Source: Candidatus Coproplasma avistercoris | Lineage (GTDB): Bacteria > Bacillota > Clostridia > Christensenellales > Borkfalkiaceae | Direction: 5' to 3' | Assembly: GCA_018711385.1 (NCBI GenBank) | Contig: DVIK01000058.1 | Span: 585 to 64,584, forward strand | Length of the DNA: 64,000 nucleotides | Part shown: in pieces, positions 17,631 through 24,368 of the stretch | Layout: every line of letters begins with the position of its first letter | Position numbering within the stretch: position 1 is the first letter of the stretch | Made by a program: the position numbers and the translations under genes | Notes under the pieces: generated by a model | Seen by the model: only the letters and a program-made list of their open reading frames with translations | The model's database searches: none | What the model was told of the DNA's origin: nothing

Positions 17631-18725
17631 ATGGGATATCACATAGGAATGGTAATCGCGATAGCCGTCGCAATTTCCGCGCTTTTCTCGCTGCTTCAAT
17701 ATTCAAGGGTAAGGGCAGAGCGCAGGCTGGCGGGGCGCCGGATCGGAAAGATACGCCCGGTAAAGACAATTCTCGCAATTTTTATTGCGTTTGCGGTGCT
17801 CGTGTTTACAGGCATGATAACCGTTGCGGTGCTGTTTGCGCGCAACGGCGCGACTGCATATCAGTTTTGGGTGGCAGAGGGTGTTTGCGCGCTCTTTCTT
17901 GCAGTCGCCCTGCTGGGCATTTACTGCTGGGCTGCCGACTATGTCGCCATAACCGACGACGGAATATTAGCCCAAAGCCCTTTTTCCGGGGTGAAGAAGG
18001 TAAAGTACGAAGATATGGCATGGTGCACCGACGTAAGCGTCGATCCGCCAGAATTTGTATGTTACGATTCCGACGGAATAAAACTGTTCGGCGTGTCGCG
18101 CCTGCATGTGGGCGCCGACAGAGTGGCAGGGGCCGTGATTTCAAGGGGAGTAAAAGTTTTGCCTCCGACATATGCGCTTCGGCAGTTTGAAGGCAATCCG
18201 CGCTTTATTTTGAGCAAAAAAAAGACGTCCTCCGCGGTAACTTTTGGTTTGCTGCTTGGATTTGCCGCCGTTACTCTGTTGCTGGTTCCTCTCATATTTC
18301 CGCAACTGAAGCTGCATACATTTGAAAACTATACCGTTTCCGGCACCGTCGCGGCGTGTACGGCGGAAAACGGGGCAATGTCGCTTGCGCTCGAAGGGGA
18401 TGAAAATGTCTATCGCGTGAACAATATAGTCTATGGCGAGATTGACCCGGATACGGAACGGAGCTTGCCCGCAGGAACAGACATCACACTGACGGTAGCC
18501 TATGAAGGCGAGGACGGAGCACTGAATGTTTCGGGCATATATGCGGGTGGAGTTCAATATCTTGATCCTGCAGACTCCGAACGTGCCGAGCGTGATAATT
18601 TCAATGCGGGCAGGATCGTCTGCTATGTGTTCATAGCCGTCGGATGTGTGCTCATCGCCGCCTCTGTGCCGTTCTGCATAAGGCTGGTAAAACTCAAAAA
18701 GCAACTTGAACGCGACATTCATTAG
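17631..18725 (+). CDS. membrane protein, unknown function (364 aa)
   Basis: AAGGAG RBS. N-terminal TM segments, a soluble middle region, a TM pair, a soluble region and a C-terminal TM. No family recognised. Confidence 0.6.
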   Translation: MGYHIGMVIAIAVAISALFSLLQYSRVRAERRLAGRRIGKIRPVKTILAIFIAFAVLVFTGMITVAVLFARNGATAYQFWVAEGVCALFLAVALLGIYCWAADYVAITDDGILAQSPFSGVKKVKYEDMAWCTDVSVDPPEFVCYDSDGIKLFGVSRLHVGADRVAGAVISRGVKVLPPTYALRQFEGNPRFILSKKKTSSAVTFGLLLGFAAVTLLLVPLIFPQLKLHTFENYTVSGTVAACTAENGAMSLALEGDENVYRVNNIVYGEIDPDTERSLPAGTDITLTVAYEGEDGALNVSGIYAGGVQYLDPADSERAERDNFNAGRIVCYVFIAVGCVLIAASVPFCIRLVKLKKQLERDIH

Positions 18726-18744
18726 GGCATATATGCCGCAAATA
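18726..18744. repeat. 19-nt motif GGCATATATGCCGCAAATA, copy 1
   Basis: Identical to 28182-28200. Contains the 12-nt palindrome GGCATATATGCC. Begins 1 nt after a stop codon. Confidence 0.8.
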
Positions 18745-18757
18745 ACGCCGTTTTGCA

Positions 18758-19063
18758 CTATTTTTCGAGCGCCTCGATATAAAAACTTACGGGGCGGAAA
18801 CCGTCGTTGCAGGAGATCATTGCCGATCTCCTGTTTTTCATCCAGCCGTCGTAGATGTCCTCGCCGCCGCATGCAAGCGCCAGCACGAACTGCTTCATGC
18901 TCTCCCACGCGCTCTCGCACATGCCGTCGGGCATACGCGCGCCTTCGCTTATGAACGTCATGCCCTCGCGCATGCCGCATGCGTTTTCCATCGGGTTTTC
19001 GTATTCTTCCATAAGGTCGGCGTGGCGCACTGTGCGCATCACCGTTATTCTGCACTTTTTCAT
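18758..19063 (-). CDS. small Cys-containing protein, TIGR04076-like (101 aa)
   Basis: I place the start at ATG 19063 (MKKCRITVMRT...). The resemblance to the TIGR04076 family (MKK.KITV...PC...C..AW) is from memory only. Confidence 0.5.
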   Translation of the reverse strand: MKKCRITVMRTVRHADLMEEYENPMENACGMREGMTFISEGARMPDGMCESAWESMKQFVLALACGGEDIYDGWMKNRRSAMISCNDGFRPVSFYIEALEK

Positions 19064-19212
19064 GTCATATATTGTATCATGCCGCCGCCCGCAAGTAAAG
19101 CGGTTTTTTTCTGCCGCGAACGTGCTGCGCATGTGGAATTTGCTTGCATTTAACAAAAACCGCGTGCAGAAATTTTCAAATATTCACCCTGCGGTCAATT
19201 TGCTCACATAGT

Positions 19213-19241
19213 TTGACAACTAACTGTTTTTTTGCTAAAAT
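19213..19241 (+). promoter_or_regulatory. sigma-A type promoter of ABC exporter pair
   Basis: TTGACA (19213-19218), 17 nt, TAAAAT (19236-19241). Confidence 0.55.
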
Positions 19242-19312
19242 CTGCACATATTTCATGCGCGCACGCGCAGCACGTTACTGATGTTTGTAATTTCAGACTT
19301 ACAGGAGGTCTT

Positions 19313-21058
19313 ATGATAAAAGAGATAGGCCACAGCCTGAGGGAATTCAAGAAGCCTTCGATAATCACTCCCGTGCTCGTCACGTTCGAAGTGCTGTTCG
19401 AATGCCTTATCCCCGCGGTGATAGCCGACCTTGTCAACAAGATTCAGCGCGACTACGATCTCAACGAGATACTCATCTACGGCGCCGTGCTCATCGTAAT
19501 GGCGGGGCTTTCGCTGGTGTTCGGCGTTTCGTCGGGCGCGATGTGCGCGTCGGCGTCGAGCGGGCTTGCAAAAAACCTGCGCAAGGATATGTTCTATAAG
19601 ATCCAGTCCTATTCCTTCGAGAATATCGACAAATTCTACGTATCCTCGCTAATCACCCGCATGACCACCGACGTGACCAACGTGCAGATGGCTTACATGC
19701 TGATAATCCGCCTCGTCGTGCGTTCGCCGCTGATGCTCATATTCAGCTTCATCATGGCGTTTGTAATGGGCGGCAGCCTTGCGTGGGTGTTCGTCGCGCT
19801 CGTGCCCCTTCTTGGCGTGAGCCTTACGATCATCGTGGTAAAGACGGTGCCCCTCTTTCACCGCGCGTTCCGCAAGTACGATAACCTCAACAGCTCCATA
19901 CAGGAGAACGTGAAGGCCGCCCGCGAGGTAAAGTCGTACGTGCGCGAAGATTACGAACAGAAGAAGTTCGGCGCGGCCTCGCACGATCTGCGCAAGGATT
20001 TCCAGAGGGCCGAACGCATACTTGCCTTCAATCACCCCATAATGCAGTTCTGCATGTACGTGCTCATGTGCGTGGTGCTCTCGTTCGGCTCTTATATGGT
20101 CATCGATTCCGCGGGGCTGGACATAAACGTCGGCGACCTCTCCTCCATGCTCACCTACGGTTTCATGATACTCAACAGTCTGATGATGCTCTCCATGGCG
20201 TTCACCATGATAGCCATGGCGGGCGAATCGGGCAGGCGAATAGTGGAGGTGCTCACCGAAGAGAGCACCCTCAAAAATCCCGAAAACCCCGTCACCGATG
20301 TAAAAGACGGCTCGGTAGACTTCGACGGCGTAAGTTTCAAGTACTCCGCCGCGGCAGAAAAGAACGCCCTTTCAAACATCGACCTGCACATTAAGTCGGG
20401 CGAAACGATAGGCATAATAGGCGGCACGGGCTCTTCGAAGTCTACGCTCGTGCAGCTTATCTCACGCCTGTACGACGCCACCGAGGGCACAGTAAAGGTG
20501 GGCGGCGTGGACGTGCGGCAGTACGACATGGAGGTGCTGCGCAACTCCGTGGCGATGGTGCTGCAAAAGAACGTGCTCTTTTCGGGCACGATAGCCGAAA
20601 ACCTGCGCTGGGGCGACCCGAACGCCACCGACGAACAGCTGCGCGAGGCCTGCCGCATGGCGTGCGCCGACGAATTCATCGAGCGCTTCCCCGAAAAGTA
20701 CGATACATATATCGAGCAGGGCGGCGCCAACGTCTCGGGCGGGCAGAAGCAGAGGCTGTGCATAGCGCGCGCCCTGCTCAAAAGGCCCAAGATACTCATC
20801 CTGGACGACAGCACTTCGGCGGTGGACACTCACACCGACGCCAGGATACGCAAGGCCTTCAGGGAATACATCCCCGAGACAACAAAGATAATAATAGCCC
20901 AGCGCACCGCTTCGGTGGAGGACGCCGACAGGATAATAGTCATGGACGGCGGCAGGATAAACGACGTCGGCACCCATGCCGAGCTGCTCAAGCGCAACGC
21001 CATCTACCGCGAAGTTTATACTTCTCAGAACAAGGAGGGGCACGATCTTGAAGACTGA
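19313..21058 (+). CDS. ABC exporter half-transporter (TMD-NBD), heterodimer subunit 1
   Basis: Start ATG 19313 after CAGGAGG. Six-TM N-terminal half. Walker A GGTGSSKST, signature VSGGQKQR, Walker B ILILDDSTSAVD. Confidence 0.9.
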   Translation: MIKEIGHSLREFKKPSIITPVLVTFEVLFECLIPAVIADLVNKIQRDYDLNEILIYGAVLIVMAGLSLVFGVSSGAMCASASSGLAKNLRKDMFYKIQSYSFENIDKFYVSSLITRMTTDVTNVQMAYMLIIRLVVRSPLMLIFSFIMAFVMGGSLAWVFVALVPLLGVSLTIIVVKTVPLFHRAFRKYDNLNSSIQENVKAAREVKSYVREDYEQKKFGAASHDLRKDFQRAERILAFNHPIMQFCMYVLMCVVLSFGSYMVIDSAGLDINVGDLSSMLTYGFMILNSLMMLSMAFTMIAMAGESGRRIVEVLTEESTLKNPENPVTDVKDGSVDFDGVSFKYSAAAEKNALSNIDLHIKSGETIGIIGGTGSSKSTLVQLISRLYDATEGTVKVGGVDVRQYDMEVLRNSVAMVLQKNVLFSGTIAENLRWGDPNATDEQLREACRMACADEFIERFPEKYDTYIEQGGANVSGGQKQRLCIARALLKRPKILILDDSTSAVDTHTDARIRKAFREYIPETTKIIIAQRTASVEDADRIIVMDGGRINDVGTHAELLKRNAIYREVYTSQNKEGHDLED

Positions 21059-22946
21059 AAAGAAAAAGGGCGTACTTTGGCGCCTGTTCAAAACTGTGCT
21101 CTCCTTTTACCCCGCGCTGCTGCCCGTGGCGCTCGCCTGCATAACGCTTACCGCGATAGTTGGCGCCGTGCCCGCCATATTCATGCAGAGGGTAATAGCG
21201 CTCATAGACGACATGCTGCGCTCGGGCGCCACCTGGGAACAGGCCGGCGGCGAGATCCTAAGCAACGTCTATATCCTCATCGCGCTGTACGTTGCCTCCG
21301 TCGTCACCGGCTTCGCCTTCGGCCAGCTGATGGTGATAATCACGCAGGGCACGCTTGAAAAGCTGCGCGATAAGATGTTCAACGGCATGCAGCGCCTGCC
21401 CATCAGGTTCTTCGACACCATGGGCCACGGCGATATAATGAGCTACTACACCAACGATATAGACACCCTTCGTCAGCTCATCTCGCAGTCCTTCCCGCAG
21501 ATACTCATCTCGGCAATAACCGTGCTTTCGGTGTTCATCATAATGCTGTATTACTGCCTGTGGCTCACGCTTATCGTGCTTGCAGGCACGGCGGTGATGC
21601 TTATCGTCACAAAAAAGATAGGCGGCGGCTCGGCGCGCTACTTCGTAAAGCAGCAGCAGGCCATCGCCGAAGAGGAGGGATATGTCGAAGAGATGCTCGT
21701 CGGCCAGAAGGTGATAAAGACCTTCTGCCACGAGGAGGCGGCAGAGAAGGGCTTCGACGAGGTCAACGAAAAACTTTACGATGCAAGCCGCCGCGCCAAC
21801 AGGTATGCAAACATGCTCGCGCCCGCGCTGTTCAACATAGGCAACGTGCTCTACGTAGTGCTCGCTGTCGTGGGCGGCGTGTTGCTGCTGCCCGGCCTCA
21901 ATGTATTCAATGTAAGTTTTTCGGGGCTTCCCCTCACCATAAGCGTGGTGGTGCCCTTCCTCAACATGGCAAAGCAGTTCACCGGCAACATAAACCAGGT
22001 ATCCCAGCAGGTAAACTCGGTGGTAATGGGCGTTGCGGGCACGGAGCGCGTGTTCTCGCTCATAGATATGCCTCCCGAGGTCGACGAGGGCTACGTCACC
22101 CTCGTGCGTGCGCGCGAAGTGAACGGCGAGATAGTCGAATGCGAAGAACGTACCGGCATGTGGGCGTGGAAGCATCCCCACCAGGCCGACGGCTCCGTCA
22201 CCTACACGAAGTTGCAGGGCGACGTGCGCATGTTCGACGTAGACTTCGAATACGAGCCGGGCAAACCCGTGCTGCACAACATCTCGCTGTATGCCAAGCC
22301 CGGGCAGAAGGTGGCTTTCGTCGGAGCGACGGGCGCGGGCAAGACCACCATAACCAACCTTTTGAACAGGTTCTACGATATCGCCGACGGCAAAATACGC
22401 TACGACGGCATCAACATCAATAAGATAAAGAAGGACGACCTGCGCCGCTCGCTGGGCATGGTATTGCAGGACACCAACCTGTTCACCGGCACGGTTATGG
22501 ACAATATCCGCTACGGCAGGCTGGACGCCACCGACGAGGAGTGCATCGCGGCCGCCAAGCTCGCGGGCGCCGACGACTACATCACCCGCCTGCCCGAAGG
22601 TTACAACACCTTCATCACCGGCAACGGCGCCAGCCTTTCGCAGGGCCAGCGCCAGCTGCTCTCGATAGCGCGCGTGGCGGTCGCCGACCCTCCCGTAATG
22701 ATCCTCGACGAGGCCACTTCCTCGATAGATACCCGAACGGAGGCCATAGTCCAGCGCGGCATGGACGCCCTCATGAAGGGCCGCACCGTGTTCGTCATCG
22801 CACACCGCCTCTCCACGGTAAAGAATTCCGACGTAATAATCGTGCTCGACCACGGCCGCATCATAGAGCGCGGTACTCACGAGCAGCTGCTCGAACAGAA
22901 GGGGCAGTATTATCAGCTGTATACCGGCGCATTCGAGCTTGAATAA
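21048..22946 (+). CDS. ABC exporter half-transporter (TMD-NBD), heterodimer subunit 2
   Basis: Probable TTG start at 21048, 7 nt after AAGGAGGGG, overlapping the upstream stop. GATGAGKTT, LSQGQRQL, MILDEATSSID. Confidence 0.85.
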   Translation: MKTEKKKGVLWRLFKTVLSFYPALLPVALACITLTAIVGAVPAIFMQRVIALIDDMLRSGATWEQAGGEILSNVYILIALYVASVVTGFAFGQLMVIITQGTLEKLRDKMFNGMQRLPIRFFDTMGHGDIMSYYTNDIDTLRQLISQSFPQILISAITVLSVFIIMLYYCLWLTLIVLAGTAVMLIVTKKIGGGSARYFVKQQQAIAEEEGYVEEMLVGQKVIKTFCHEEAAEKGFDEVNEKLYDASRRANRYANMLAPALFNIGNVLYVVLAVVGGVLLLPGLNVFNVSFSGLPLTISVVVPFLNMAKQFTGNINQVSQQVNSVVMGVAGTERVFSLIDMPPEVDEGYVTLVRAREVNGEIVECEERTGMWAWKHPHQADGSVTYTKLQGDVRMFDVDFEYEPGKPVLHNISLYAKPGQKVAFVGATGAGKTTITNLLNRFYDIADGKIRYDGININKIKKDDLRRSLGMVLQDTNLFTGTVMDNIRYGRLDATDEECIAAAKLAGADDYITRLPEGYNTFITGNGASLSQGQRQLLSIARVAVADPPVMILDEATSSIDTRTEAIVQRGMDALMKGRTVFVIAHRLSTVKNSDVIIVLDHGRIIERGTHEQLLEQKGQYYQLYTGAFELE

Positions 22947-22961
22947 AAAAACTACTCACAA

Positions 22962-22997
22962 AAATGCCGCGCAGGCCGTGCGCGGCATTTTTTGTGA
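22962..22997 (+). repeat. 36-nt direct repeat, left copy (also a terminator hairpin)
   Basis: AAATGCCGCGCAGGCCGTGCGCGGCATTTTTTGTGA, with 9-bp stem TGCCGCGCA/TGCGCGGCA plus T6. Identical to 24292-24327. Confidence 0.95.
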
Positions 22998-23115
22998 ATT
23001 TCAGGAACCATGTTCCTCTGGCGGCATTTTCAGGGGCCCGCGATTATTGCAATGCCGCCATTCACCTCCGGTGAGCCTGCTGCCGCAGCAAACAGGGTCG
23101 CGCTATCGGCGGGGA

Positions 23116-23330
23116 ACCCGCCTTGCGCAGTAAATTGTTTTATATGCCCCGCCACGGGCTGGGTTACCTCGCATCTTCAAGGGTTGATGGGCAGGGGGGT
23201 AAGGCGAAGAGTAATTTATAATACGCCCGGTCGCGGGCCGAGTGGCCCCTGCCTTGTGCCGTAAATTATTTTATACGCCCCGCCACGGGCCGAGCGACCC
23301 CGCCTTGCGGCGTAAGTTATTTATAGTACA
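23116..23330. repeat. degenerate tandem repeat of about 50 nt, 3-4 copies
   Basis: Units contain ...CCGCCTTGYGSMGTAARTTRTTTTATAYGCCCCGCCACGGGCYGRG... GTAA anchors at about 23130, 23211, 23261 and 23311. The last three are spaced exactly 50 nt; the first is separated by an 81-nt variant unit. Confidence 0.8.
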
Positions 23331-23375
23331 AAAGTCCCGCGGCGAAGCTGAAAGGCTTCGCCGCGGGGCCGGTTT

Positions 23376-23852
23376 TTATATCATTATAATAAATTTATTT
23401 TTCTTTTTTGCATATTCCAATGTCCTTGCCGCTCCTCCCCATGAATATTTTACGTAAGCTATGACTATATCTGAATTTTTTACCATCCATTCGTTTCGCT
23501 TATTTATTGCAAATCTGTACGGCACTGACTCTATCGGCGGGTATATTATGCCGTCAAAAATTGTAAGCATCTGTTTATTGCGCTGCTTGTAGGACTGCGT
23601 AATATATGGCGTAATGAAGTAAATGGAACTCTCGACGCTATTGAAACGCTTTTTAATATTATTTACTGTAATGGCCGATAAAAGGTCGAAATCGCCGTAT
23701 CCGCCGCAAAGAAATTCAAGTTTTATGCCTTCGCGCCGCGCCTGCATGAATATTGCAATTAAACTGCGTTCAAGTTCGGCCGATACCGTTTCTTTATCCG
23801 GTAGCCTGCTATGCCCGCAAAACATTATATTCATGTAAATAGTATAACTCAA
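23376..23852 (-). CDS. SLOG-superfamily protein, DUF1273/YpsA-like (158 aa)
   Basis: Pattern (M)FCGHSRL...FLCGGYGDFDLLSA...IYFITPY...RNEWMVKNSDIVIAY...WGGAARTLEYAKKKNKFII matches the CFTGHR...GGAxGFDxxAA...RNRxMVDxSD...GGTxxTxxYA layout as I remember it. About 40-45% GC. The start may be an internal Met (MNIMF). Confidence 0.6.
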   Translation of the reverse strand: MSYTIYMNIMFCGHSRLPDKETVSAELERSLIAIFMQARREGIKLEFLCGGYGDFDLLSAITVNNIKKRFNSVESSIYFITPYITQSYKQRNKQMLTIFDGIIYPPIESVPYRFAINKRNEWMVKNSDIVIAYVKYSWGGAARTLEYAKKKNKFIIMI

Positions 23853-23960
23853 CGCATAAAAATTCGCAAGTAAAGTTTAATAAATTCACAATTAAAGATA
23901 GTAATTTTGGAGTGCAGTATGGGGTAAACTATAAGTACACTTGCATTTTGGGAGCGGCTC

Positions 23961-24284
23961 ATGACAGATCCGAGGAAGAAAATAGATCAGCTCCGTACGG
24001 CGCACAACATGTCTTTGTCGCAGCTTGCGCGAAAGCTGGGCCTTTCGGAAACTTCGGTGTATAACTGGTATAACGAAAAAGATTCTATGCCCACCGTAAA
24101 GGTTCTGGAGGACGTCTGCGCTCTCTTCGGGATAGGTATGGCGGAACTGTTTGCCGATGTCGATTGCGACAAACTTAGCGCAAAGCAGATAGAACTGCTC
24201 GAACTCTTCGGCAAGTTGACCGAAAGCCAGCAGGAAAACGTTATCTCCATTGTCAGGAGCATAGCCGATTCCAACAGAGCGTGA
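23961..24284 (+). CDS. XRE-family helix-turn-helix transcriptional regulator (107 aa)
   Basis: HTH LSQLARKLGLSETSVYNWYN. Divergent from the SLOG-like gene across a 108-nt AT-rich spacer. Confidence 0.8.
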   Translation: MTDPRKKIDQLRTAHNMSLSQLARKLGLSETSVYNWYNEKDSMPTVKVLEDVCALFGIGMAELFADVDCDKLSAKQIELLELFGKLTESQQENVISIVRSIADSNRA

Positions 24285-24291
24285 TTTTGAG

Positions 24292-24327
24292 AAATGCCGC
24301 GCAGGCCGTGCGCGGCATTTTTTGTGA
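24292..24327 (+). repeat. 36-nt direct repeat, right copy (also a terminator hairpin)
   Basis: Perfect copy of 22962-22997. Confidence 0.95.
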
Positions 24328-24368
24328 TGAATGTAATGTTTCATACCCGCGGCAATATGCCGCAGATG

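Noticed and set aside
12543-18725. Genomic island integrated at the 3' end of ssrA
   Set aside because: tmRNA genes are frequent integration sites. However, I found no integrase, no duplicated copy of the tmRNA 3' end downstream and no sharp composition break right after 12542.
23116-23330. Possible CRISPR array
   Set aside because: The units are contiguous degenerate repeats with no unique spacers, there are only 3-4 copies, and there are no cas genes in the window.
23010-23457. Track ORFs 23010..23264 and 23242..23457 (+)
   Set aside because: They run through the 50-nt tandem repeat array. They have no RBS, and their repetitive Pro/Arg/Gly-rich translations come from the repeats themselves.
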